Shown here: positions 39,735 through 48,440 of the stretch, piece after piece
How the letters are laid out: each line of letters starts with the position of its first letter
Numbering within the stretch: the stretch's first letter is position 1
Origin: Fidelibacterota bacterium
GTDB taxonomy: Bacteria; Fidelibacterota; Marinisomatia; Marinisomatales; TCS55
Assembly (NCBI GenBank): GCA_046861385.1
Contig: JBHHTW010000007.1
Location: 11,775-75,774 of the forward strand
DNA: 64,000 nucleotides
Reading direction: 5' to 3'
Notes under the pieces: generated by a model
The model's database searches: none
Told to the model about the DNA's origin: nothing
Seen by the model: only the letters and a program-made list of their open reading frames with translations
Position numbers and translations under genes: made by a program

Positions 39735-40442
39735 TTAATTTTCCTTTTTAAACTGTAATATCCGATCATCGTTTTTAAAAACGCCGTGCGTATTTTCCGG
39801 AAGCAAGGCCGCAATGCGGCACATAATTTTTTCTCCAATTTTATCCATGTACTCGTTTTTTGAAATATCGTTTTTTGTGCTTTCTAACGGATAAAAAGGT
39901 CTGCCAATTTCAATTCTTACTTTTGGCCTTACTCCTCTTAACCAGTTATTCCATTCATATTCTAATCCAGAAATTCCAACAGGAAGAATCCGTGTGTTGT
40001 TAAGTGTTGATAAATAAATAACCCCTCGTTTAGCGGGTCTCAATATTTTATCGGTTGTTGTACCTTCCGGGAAAATACCTAATATCTCTTTTTCCTGTAA
40101 TACTTTTTTAGCCTTCTTGATTGTAGAGGGGGCAAGTTTTACTCTGTTGGTTGGAATGAAACCATAACACCAAGTTGCCCATTGATAATACCAGGGAATT
40201 GGTTGGTCGCTGGCAGCTAAAAATGAGATTGGCCGTTGTAAAGCATAAACAACAAAAGCCGGATCTACCATACTAAAATGATTAATCGCAACAATGTACG
40301 GTCCTTTGTCAGGAATGTGATGGCGTCCCTTTAGATTAATTTTTGTTAGAATTGACCCTAAAAACAGAGATAAATAGCTCAACACATAACGAAGCCATTT
40401 CGGGCCTGGCGAATAACGATCTAGTATTGTACGTGCGCTCAT
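39735..40442 (-). CDS. 1-acyl-sn-glycerol-3-phosphate acyltransferase family
   Basis: NHFSMVD (HxxxxD), FPEGT. Confidence 0.9.
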   Translation of the reverse strand: MSARTILDRYSPGPKWLRYVLSYLSLFLGSILTKINLKGRHHIPDKGPYIVAINHFSMVDPAFVVYALQRPISFLAASDQPIPWYYQWATWCYGFIPTNRVKLAPSTIKKAKKVLQEKEILGIFPEGTTTDKILRPAKRGVIYLSTLNNTRILPVGISGLEYEWNNWLRGVRPKVRIEIGRPFYPLESTKNDISKNEYMDKIGEKIMCRIAALLPENTHGVFKNDDRILQFKKEN

Positions 40443-40476
40443 TGTGTATTTTCCCTAAAGATACGGGCTTAAAAAT

Positions 40477-40513
40477 AAAATAAAAGGGGATCATAATAAT
40501 CCCCTTTTATTTT
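40477..40513 (-). terminator. Rho-independent terminator after ssb
   Basis: AAAATAAAAGGGGAT / ATCCCCTTTTATTTT inverted repeat. Confidence 0.8.
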
Positions 40514-40540
40514 TATCATTATTCGTATTCAGATTGTCCG

Positions 40541-40942
40541 TTAAAACGGTAAGTCGTCATCGTCTCCGTTGTTTGCAGGTGGTGTTCCACTACTGTCGCT
40601 TTTGCGTCCCAGCATTGTGAACCTATCCGCTAATACTTCAGTTGTATAGCGTGTCACGCCATCTTTATCTTCCCAAGATCGTGTACGAATGCGGCCTTCA
40701 ATATATGCCATCTGGCCTTTTTTCATATACTCATTTGCTGTTTCTGCGGCTTTACCATACAGAACAACTCGGTGCCATTCAGTACGATCTTCATAGTTAC
40801 CCTCACTGTTTTTCCAGGATTCATTTGTCGCCATGTTAAAGGTGGACACCGCAACTCCTGACGGAGTAAAACGGCTCTCCGGATCCGCTCCGAGATGTCC
40901 AACCAATATTGCTTTATTTACGCTTCCTTTTTGCATAATCAC
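40541..40942 (-). CDS. ssb: Single-stranded DNA-binding protein
   Basis: VNKAILVGHLGADPE, TEWHRVV, C-terminal DDDLPF. Confidence 0.97.
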   Translation of the reverse strand: MIMQKGSVNKAILVGHLGADPESRFTPSGVAVSTFNMATNESWKNSEGNYEDRTEWHRVVLYGKAAETANEYMKKGQMAYIEGRIRTRSWEDKDGVTRYTTEVLADRFTMLGRKSDSSGTPPANNGDDDDLPF

Positions 40943-41037
40943 TCTCCTTTCGTTTTGTATTATACTTCAAAGCGATACTCTTAACTTCGCGATTTTTACT
41001 TCGCGCATTAAATTGTACAGCCAGAATTAAATACATG

Positions 41038-41592
41038 TCAAGGTTTTTTTTGCCACGTTCTAAAAACACCAGTAATTTGACCAATGCATTCTTCTTTTTT
41101 GGACGTATTAATTTTTGTGATCAGCCTTGATTTCTTGTTTTTATTCTGTATTATTATTTTTCCTGTAGAACTTTTTGTTGTGTTTGGATTCACAATCAAA
41201 ATATCTTTTTTAATAATATGATCTTTCTTCAATTCGTCTGTTTCCATTTTTATTACATAGGAGTGATTATTATGAACGACGTCCGGAGGAACGTCAATAT
41301 AATTATATGGTTGTAGAAACCAATTAATTTTATCCTTTATCCATTCTCCTTTTACGGGTAACCGCTCTGTTGTTGTTTTTAGTTTTTTTGATATTTTTAT
41401 TGACCTTGCTCTGTTCCAGTCCTGCTGTATTAATCCTTTTTGCTTTAAAGCTTTTACGTGTTTATAAACTGTCCCTTTCGATTTATACTTTAAGTGCTGC
41501 GCAATTTCGTCGAACGTTGGAGACAGTCCGTTTTTGCTTAAATAAGTTTTAATATACTGAAAAACGGCTTTTTGTTTTAGTGTAATTGCCAT
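41038..41592 (-). CDS. LexA-like repressor with degenerate protease domain
   Basis: LexA DNA-binding domain (SPTFDEIAQHLKYKSKGTVYKHVKALKQKGLI..ARSI). C-terminal fold recognisable but the Ala-Gly site and catalytic Ser are absent. Confidence 0.75.
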   Translation of the reverse strand: MAITLKQKAVFQYIKTYLSKNGLSPTFDEIAQHLKYKSKGTVYKHVKALKQKGLIQQDWNRARSIKISKKLKTTTERLPVKGEWIKDKINWFLQPYNYIDVPPDVVHNNHSYVIKMETDELKKDHIIKKDILIVNPNTTKSSTGKIIIQNKNKKSRLITKINTSKKEECIGQITGVFRTWQKKP

Positions 41593-41625
41593 GCAGTACA
41601 ATTAGCGTAATTGTCTTTAGCCTTA

Positions 41626-42966
41626 TTAAGCCAAGGAAAAAGTGATGTCTTTTTGAAGCGCCCTAACCAAATGACTTATACGTTTATCTGTTTTGATCTT
41701 TTTTTCTATGTTCCGACAGGCGTGAAGCACCGTTGTATGGTCTCTGCCTCCAAATTGCATTCCTGTATTCATCAGAGACGACCCCATAATTTCCCTGCAT
41801 AAATAAATCGCTATCTGCCTTGCTTCTGCAATTTGCATTCTCCTGCTACTTCCAACGATATCTCTTTCTGATATTTTTGTTGCCTCTGATACGCTTCGAA
41901 TTATATCACCGGCAGTAATATCTGTAAAAAGACCCCCTCCAATTCTTTCACGAACGACCTTTTTTACTAAATCGAAATCTATTTCACAATTGGTCAAAGA
42001 TGAATAAGCAAGTAGTCTTATTATGGTTCCCTCCAACTCTCTTATATTATTTTTTATATGTGTGGCCATAAACTCCACAATATCATAAGGTAGATCCAAA
42101 CCGCTTTGTTCCGCTTTTTCCATTAAAATCGCCACTCTTGTTTCATAATCAGGAGGTTGAATATCTACAACAAGCCCGGATTCAAAACGTGACACAAGTC
42201 TATCTGTTAACCCTTTCATTTCTTTAGGTAGTCTGTCCGCTGTCATAACAATTTGCTTTCCCTGTTGATACAAATCATTAAAGGTATGAAAAAACTGCTC
42301 TTGGGTTTGTTCTTTATTTTGAAAGAACTGAATGTCGTCGATTAACAGCGCTTCTGCGTTTCTATATGATTTTGAAAAAACCTCTGTTTTATTTTTTTGT
42401 ATCGATGAAATAAAATCAAGTGTAAATCTTTCACTTGAAGCAACAACAATGTCTGCATATTCTCTTTCACTTATTATAAAATTTCCTATTGCGTGTAATA
42501 GATGCGTTTTTCCCAGACCAACGCCTCCATATATTAATAGAGGATTGTATGAATGATTTCCTGGCGATCCTGCGACTGAAGTCGCTGCTGCTCTAGCGAA
42601 TTGATTATTTGTTCCTTCTATGAAACTCGCAAAAGTGTATTTACTGTTTAGGTTGTGCTTTTTTACTTTACTCTTACTTTCGGCCGTTCCTGTAATCGGA
42701 TCAAAATTCTCTAATTTTATATTTTTATCGGGTGCTATCGTATATTTTATTGTTATATTATTTTTTGTGAAAGCATTGGCCGCGTGTGAAATTTGATTTT
42801 TGTAATGGCTTTCAATCCATTCATAAAAAAATTGATTTGGTACTTCCAGAACGATTTCGTCTTCTGTAAACCCTATTAGCCCAATTGGCTCTAACCACGT
42901 ATTAAATGCATGGCTGGGCAGATTTTCTTTTAAATGGTTTTTTATACTCTTCCAGGTGTTTTCCAC
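41626..42966 (-). CDS. dnaA: Chromosomal replication initiator
   Basis: YNPLLIYGGVGLGKTHLL, LLIDDIQF, NIRELEG, GGRDHTTVLHA. Confidence 0.99.
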   Translation of the reverse strand: MENTWKSIKNHLKENLPSHAFNTWLEPIGLIGFTEDEIVLEVPNQFFYEWIESHYKNQISHAANAFTKNNITIKYTIAPDKNIKLENFDPITGTAESKSKVKKHNLNSKYTFASFIEGTNNQFARAAATSVAGSPGNHSYNPLLIYGGVGLGKTHLLHAIGNFIISEREYADIVVASSERFTLDFISSIQKNKTEVFSKSYRNAEALLIDDIQFFQNKEQTQEQFFHTFNDLYQQGKQIVMTADRLPKEMKGLTDRLVSRFESGLVVDIQPPDYETRVAILMEKAEQSGLDLPYDIVEFMATHIKNNIRELEGTIIRLLAYSSLTNCEIDFDLVKKVVRERIGGGLFTDITAGDIIRSVSEATKISERDIVGSSRRMQIAEARQIAIYLCREIMGSSLMNTGMQFGGRDHTTVLHACRNIEKKIKTDKRISHLVRALQKDITFSLA

Positions 42967-43037
42967 AAGTTTTCCACATTAAGATTAAAGTAAAATTTAT
43001 GGATTAATATTTTCCCATTTCAAATGATATTTCCACA
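42959..43037. promoter_or_regulatory. DnaA-box-like cluster at the dnaA start
   Basis: TTTTCCACA 42959-42967 (overlaps the GTG start), TTTTCCACA 42970-42978, ATTTCCACA 43029-43037. Confidence 0.75.
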
Positions 43038-43082
43038 ATATAGTAAATAAATATTATAAATGTATTTAAGGATGTATTTCTT

Positions 43083-43112
43083 TTGCAATTTCTTGTGCTG
43101 TTTTTGTACTTT
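43083..43112 (+). promoter_or_regulatory. Putative sigma70 promoter of rpmH
   Basis: TTGCAA-N18-TACTTT. Confidence 0.45.
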
Positions 43113-43139
43113 CCCCGGCTAATTTTGAGGATATAATTA

Positions 43140-43274
43140 ATGAAACGAACTTATCAACCAAGCCGAAGAAAAAGAAAAAATAAACATGGCTTTAGGGCGA
43201 GAATGAAAAGCCCCGGCGGTAAACGTGTTTTAAAAAATCGCAGGAAAAAGGGCAGAAGCGTTCTTTCTGCATAG
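43140..43274 (+). CDS. rpmH: 50S ribosomal protein L34
   Basis: Hand translation [51 protein letters not shown]. Confidence 0.98.
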   Translation: MKRTYQPSRRKRKNKHGFRARMKSPGGKRVLKNRRKKGRSVLSA

Positions 43275-43528
43275 TGGCGGAAATTTTGAAAAAGGTTATA
43301 CATTACATTGATCTGGCTTTTTCCTGGGTTTTAGTGCTTATTATCACTATGTATAGAGCAATATTATCTCCGCTCTTTGGTAACAGATGCCGGTTTCATC
43401 CAACCTGCTCAGCATACGCAATAGAAGCGCTTAAAACAAAAAATCTTTTTAACGCGCTCTTTCTTATAACAAAACGTTTAACAAAATGCCATCCTTTTCA
43501 TCGTGGTGGTTTTGACCCTGTTAAATAA
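43274..43528 (+). CDS. yidD: Membrane protein insertion efficiency factor
   Basis: CRFHPTCSAYA, KCHPF..GGFDPV. Confidence 0.95.
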   Translation: MAEILKKVIHYIDLAFSWVLVLIITMYRAILSPLFGNRCRFHPTCSAYAIEALKTKNLFNALFLITKRLTKCHPFHRGGFDPVK

Positions 43529-43540
43529 CTGTAGGTCATC

Positions 43541-45208
43541 GTGAACCAAAAAACTCTTTTTGCCTTTTTAATAATCGCTGTCATCATTTTACTGACACCG
43601 GCTTATTATAACATAATATACCCTCCAGCAGAAAACAACCCCGCCGATAGTCTTAATACTGTTTTCAAGCCCGCGGTTTCACCTGATGTCGGGTCCCAGA
43701 TTCTGCCTGCTTTAGTAAATACAAAAACAGTACAAAAAGACAGCATCAAGTACAACGAGGAAAAATACAACATTGAAACAGATTTGTATATCGCTGAGAT
43801 TAGTTCGAAAAATGGCGGTTCAATCACTTCTTTTCTACTAAAAAATTATCCTGGTAACCAGAAAGAATTTGTTCAACTTATTAATAATCACAACAAAGAC
43901 AATCTCTTGTTGTCATATAAAAGCGTTGATGGTGAAACCGTTATTTTGTCCGGGGCGTGGGAGCCTGTAAATAATTTTTCACCAAGACAAATTAACTCAG
44001 AACATGTGCTCTCGTTTCAAAAAGCTACACCGCATGGCTATGTTTATAAAACTTTGACGTTCTATCCGGATAGATATATTATTAATGTTAATACAAATTT
44101 AATAAACCATCTTCCATATATTTCTCAAGGCATATTTGAAATTTCATGGGATGGAGGATTGCCTTTAACTGAAAAAAACAAGAAGGATGATTTAAATTAT
44201 TTCGACGCTTACTTATATACGGGCGAAGAATTGATTAGTCCAGATATATCGGATAAAGAAAACAAAAAAAATGATCATATTAAAGGAGAAACTCTTTGGG
44301 CTGCTCTCCGGACAAAATACTTTTTAAGCGCTCTAATTCCAGACATCGCTGGTTTGGGAGGAATAACGTCTGGTTATTTGGTCAATGAAAATGAGAAAGT
44401 TTTCAACATCTCTCTTTCTTTATCTGCTGCCCAAAATAAAAACACCTCTCTTTATCTTGGGCCTCTTGAATATCGGCGAATTAAAGCAATCGGTTTCAAT
44501 CTTGAGTCTATCATGAATTTCGGCTGGTCCTTTATTCGGCCGATTGCAAAAGGCGTTCATTACCTGTTAACAAAAATGAACACTGTGATTCCGAACTATG
44601 GCGTTATTCTGATCATCTTCTCTGTTCTCATAAAAATAATAGTATATCCTTTAACTAAAAAGAGCTTTGAATCCACCCAAAAAATGCAGGCGATTCAACC
44701 TCAATTAAATATATTAAAAGAAAAATACAAAAACGATCAGCAAAAAATGAGCCAGGCTCAAATGGCTTTATTCAAAGAACATGGTGTAAATCCCCTTGGT
44801 GGCTGTTTACCCATTCTTTTACAAATGCCCCTATTGCTTTCTCTCTTTCAAGTTTTTAGGTCAACAATTGAACTTAGAGGCGCGCCTTTTGTTTTATGGA
44901 TATCAGACCTATCGGCTCCAGATACAATCATCAATTTGCCTTTTTCAATTCCCGTTTACGGAGACCATATTGCTGTGCTTCCAATCCTAATGGGCGTCAC
45001 AATGTTTATACAACAAAAAATGATGCCAACCCAAGCCGGGGGTCAACAAAAAATTATGTCTTATTTCATGACAGGCTTTTTTACTCTATTATTTAATAAT
45101 TTTCCTTCAGGTTTAAATCTCTATTATACGCTTTTTAACGTATTAACAATTTTACAACAAAAATTTCTTACACCACACCCGCACACCGATACAATTAAAA
45201 AACAATGA
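43541..45208 (+). CDS. yidC: Membrane protein insertase
   Basis: NPLGGCLPILLQMP, ELRGAPF..WI.DLS.PD, FPSGLNLY. Confidence 0.97.
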   Translation: MNQKTLFAFLIIAVIILLTPAYYNIIYPPAENNPADSLNTVFKPAVSPDVGSQILPALVNTKTVQKDSIKYNEEKYNIETDLYIAEISSKNGGSITSFLLKNYPGNQKEFVQLINNHNKDNLLLSYKSVDGETVILSGAWEPVNNFSPRQINSEHVLSFQKATPHGYVYKTLTFYPDRYIINVNTNLINHLPYISQGIFEISWDGGLPLTEKNKKDDLNYFDAYLYTGEELISPDISDKENKKNDHIKGETLWAALRTKYFLSALIPDIAGLGGITSGYLVNENEKVFNISLSLSAAQNKNTSLYLGPLEYRRIKAIGFNLESIMNFGWSFIRPIAKGVHYLLTKMNTVIPNYGVILIIFSVLIKIIVYPLTKKSFESTQKMQAIQPQLNILKEKYKNDQQKMSQAQMALFKEHGVNPLGGCLPILLQMPLLLSLFQVFRSTIELRGAPFVLWISDLSAPDTIINLPFSIPVYGDHIAVLPILMGVTMFIQQKMMPTQAGGQQKIMSYFMTGFFTLLFNNFPSGLNLYYTLFNVLTILQQKFLTPHPHTDTIKKQ

Positions 45209-46551
45209 TTTCTTCTGATACGATCGTTGCATGTGCAACGCCGTATGGTTTTGGGGGAATAGCGGTTGTTCGCATCAGCGGCGAAAATGCTGTCTGCCTC
45301 GCTGAAAAAGTCTGTAATAATAATTCTCCCTTAAAAAACCGAAAAGCGGCTTTATGCTCACTTTATACTAAAGATGGCGATGTTTTCGATGATGCCATCA
45401 TAACCGCTTTTCTATCGCCGAATTCCTACACTGGAGAAAATGTTGCGGAAATTTCTTGCCACGGAAACCCGGCAATCGTTTACAAATTAATAAATATATT
45501 AATTGAATACGGAGCCCGAATGGCGGAGCCCGGAGAATTTACCCGCAGGGCGTTTATTAATGGAAAACTTGATCTTGTCCAAGTAGAAGCTGTCTCTGCG
45601 TTAATACATTCAAATAGTGAAAAAAGCGTTTTTTTAAATCGGCGTATTTTATCTGGATCCCTCTCAAAGAGACTAAATGAAATTAAAACGGACATAATGG
45701 AGGCCTTGTCTTTTGTTGAATTTGAACTCGACATTTCCGAAGAAGAACTGGTTAACGAACCGATAAAAAAAACCATAAATATTGCCCGGGTTGCTCTAAA
45801 AAGATTAAATAAACTTTCCGACTCTTTCAATGAAGGGCGTTTAATAAACCGTGGAGCCAATATTGTTATAATCGGCAACCCAAACGTCGGGAAATCAACG
45901 TTACTTAACGCTTTGCTTGAAGAAAACAGAGCGATCGTTAGTGAAGAACCGGGCACGACCCGCGATGTGTTGGACGCTCATCTCATTTATGATGGTATCG
46001 GCGTAACGATCACAGATACAGCCGGTATTAGAGAGACAGACAACCATATTGAAAAGGAGGGCGTCTCCAGGGCAATAAATAAGGCGAGAGAGGCCGATCT
46101 GGTTATTCATGTAATAGATGCGGCGGATCGCAAATATTTTGATTTTCCCGTTGACAATACAAAAATTATTAAAGTTTTTAACAAGGCTGATTTATTGACA
46201 GTCGCTGATAAAAAAAGACTCTTTGAACACAACAATACTTCTATAATCCTTTCCGCTTTTACGGGAGAGGGTATTGTATCTTTAAAAAAAGCAATAAAAG
46301 ATGCGCTCCACACGTCTAGCCTTTTTTCTGAAGAAACTTATTTGATAACCCATAGACAACACAATATAACCCAAACCTCCATAAAATCAATAGACCGTGC
46401 AATTGATAATCTTAATAAGCCCTTTCCGCCCCTAGAGCTTGTATCTATTGATTTGCGGGAGGCTTTAACCGCCATCGATCAAATGCTTGGAAAAACAACA
46501 AGCGCTGACATTTTAAATAACATCTTCGGCCAATTCTGTGTAGGGAAATAA
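45205..46551 (+). CDS. mnmE: tRNA modification GTPase
   Basis: AEPGEFTRRAF.NGK, GNPNVGKS, GTTRD, DTAG, FCVGK. Confidence 0.97.
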   Translation: MISSDTIVACATPYGFGGIAVVRISGENAVCLAEKVCNNNSPLKNRKAALCSLYTKDGDVFDDAIITAFLSPNSYTGENVAEISCHGNPAIVYKLINILIEYGARMAEPGEFTRRAFINGKLDLVQVEAVSALIHSNSEKSVFLNRRILSGSLSKRLNEIKTDIMEALSFVEFELDISEEELVNEPIKKTINIARVALKRLNKLSDSFNEGRLINRGANIVIIGNPNVGKSTLLNALLEENRAIVSEEPGTTRDVLDAHLIYDGIGVTITDTAGIRETDNHIEKEGVSRAINKAREADLVIHVIDAADRKYFDFPVDNTKIIKVFNKADLLTVADKKRLFEHNNTSIILSAFTGEGIVSLKKAIKDALHTSSLFSEETYLITHRQHNITQTSIKSIDRAIDNLNKPFPPLELVSIDLREALTAIDQMLGKTTSADILNNIFGQFCVGK

Positions 46552-46566
46552 GTTTCACGTGAAACA
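46551..46566. other. parS site
   Basis: AGTTTCACGTGAAACA; 15/16 to the parS palindrome TGTTTCACGTGAAACA. Confidence 0.88.
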
Positions 46567-48436
46567 TAGTGCGAATAATTTTGATGTTGTTGTTGTGGGG
46601 GCGGGCCACGCCGGAATCGAAGCAGCGCTTGCCGCCTCCCGGCTTGGTGTTACTGTTGGGCTTATCACAATCGATCCCTTGGTTCTCGGCAGAATGTCTT
46701 GTAATCCTGCCATCGGTGGCTTGGCAAAGGGCCAAATGGTTCGGGAGGTTGATGTCCTTGGGGGCGTTATGGGTATCGCGGCTGATAACACAGGCCTTCA
46801 GTTCAAAATGCTCAACAAATCAAAAGGAATGGCTGTCTGGTCTCCCCGGGCCCAAGTAGACAAAAGAGCTTATGAAAAATTTGTCAATAATATAATTAAT
46901 CGCAATTCAAACATTTCTCTTATTAAGGGCGATGTTACAAAATTAATTATTAACCATTATTCTGTCTCCAAAGTTGTTTTAAGAAATGGTGTTGAACTTT
47001 CAGCAAAGTCGATTGTTTTAACCTGCGGTACCTTTTTAAATGGTTTAATTCATGTGGGCGAACGAAAAATTCATGCTGGACGAATGGGCGAATCTGGATC
47101 GGTTGGAATATCGGAGTTCCTTGTTTCACATGGATTTATAAAAGGCCGTCTTAAAACAGGAACCCCGCCCAGGATAATTGCAAATAGCGTTAACTGGAAA
47201 AAATTATCCCTTTCAATTGGAGACGACAACCCAACCCCTTTTTCATACAGAACGTCTGCATTCAACCCTCCAAACGTTCCATGTCATATTGCTCAAACCA
47301 ACGAGGTTTGTCATGAAATAGTCCGTAGGGACATATTGTCGTCTCCCATGTTTTCTGGAGATGTCTCTGGTGTGGGCCCGCGCTATTGTCCGTCTATCGA
47401 AGATAAAATTCACCGTTTTTCATCTCGCAATTCTCACTCTCTATTTTTGGAGCCGGAGTGGATGAATTCAAATCAGATCTATGTTAACGGATTTTCCACC
47501 AGCCTGCCTGAAAAAACCCAATTAAATGCACTTAAAAAAATTCATGGATTGGAAAAAGTAAAATTGTTTCGCCCCGGTTATGCAATTGAATATGATTTTT
47601 TTCCTTCTTCACAACTAAAAAAATCTTTAGAAACAAAAAACGTTTCCGGATTGTTTTTTGCTGGCCAAATTAACGGCACCTCTGGATACGAAGAGGCCGC
47701 CGCACAAGGTCTTGTAGCAGGCGCCAATGCCGCAAGGAGCGTATTAAACAAAGAACCATTATTGCTTTCAAGGTCGGATGCATATATTGGTGTGCTTATT
47801 GATGATCTTATTACAAAAGAAACCGACGAGCCCTATCGCATGTTTACATCAAGAGCAGAGTACCGAATATTAATTCGTTATTCTAGTGCGGCGAAGCGGC
47901 TGGCAAAAAAATCTTTTGAATTTGGATTAATAACCCATAAAACATTTGAAACAATTTCCTCTTTATTAGAAATAACTAAACAAGCCTTGACTGCCCTCGA
48001 GACTTCTATAACGCCGTCTGAAATTAACCACCTCCTTTCAACGTTGGGAGAAAGCGTGTTAAAACAAAAATCGTCTGCCTATGATATCTTGAAAAGACCC
48101 TCTGTGAACATCAACCATCTTCCTAATCGTTTATTTAAGAAAATAAAAATAAAAAACGCTCCTGTTTATTTTGTTAATGAAATGATGAGGGAGGCAGAGA
48201 TTTCAATTAAATATAAGGGTTATATTGATCGGCAGCTTCGGGAAATTCTTACGCTAAAGTCTCAAGAGGCAAAGATAATACCGCCAGGGTTTAATTATTC
48301 AACCTTAAAAAACATGTCAAATGAGGCGCGAGAAAAACTTTCATTTGTTCGCCCGGAAACCCTTGGGCAGGCGATCCGGGTCTCTGGCGTATCTCCAGCA
48401 GACGCAGCTGTTTTAGCTGTCCATCTTCACAGATAG
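46559..48436 (+). CDS. mnmG: tRNA uridine 5-carboxymethylaminomethyl modification enzyme
   Basis: GAGHAGIEAA, MSCNPAIGG, GPRYCPSIEDK, GQINGTSGYEEAAAQG. Confidence 0.98.
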   Translation: MKHSANNFDVVVVGAGHAGIEAALAASRLGVTVGLITIDPLVLGRMSCNPAIGGLAKGQMVREVDVLGGVMGIAADNTGLQFKMLNKSKGMAVWSPRAQVDKRAYEKFVNNIINRNSNISLIKGDVTKLIINHYSVSKVVLRNGVELSAKSIVLTCGTFLNGLIHVGERKIHAGRMGESGSVGISEFLVSHGFIKGRLKTGTPPRIIANSVNWKKLSLSIGDDNPTPFSYRTSAFNPPNVPCHIAQTNEVCHEIVRRDILSSPMFSGDVSGVGPRYCPSIEDKIHRFSSRNSHSLFLEPEWMNSNQIYVNGFSTSLPEKTQLNALKKIHGLEKVKLFRPGYAIEYDFFPSSQLKKSLETKNVSGLFFAGQINGTSGYEEAAAQGLVAGANAARSVLNKEPLLLSRSDAYIGVLIDDLITKETDEPYRMFTSRAEYRILIRYSSAAKRLAKKSFEFGLITHKTFETISSLLEITKQALTALETSITPSEINHLLSTLGESVLKQKSSAYDILKRPSVNINHLPNRLFKKIKIKNAPVYFVNEMMREAEISIKYKGYIDRQLREILTLKSQEAKIIPPGFNYSTLKNMSNEAREKLSFVRPETLGQAIRVSGVSPADAAVLAVHLHR

Positions 48437-48440
48437 TATT

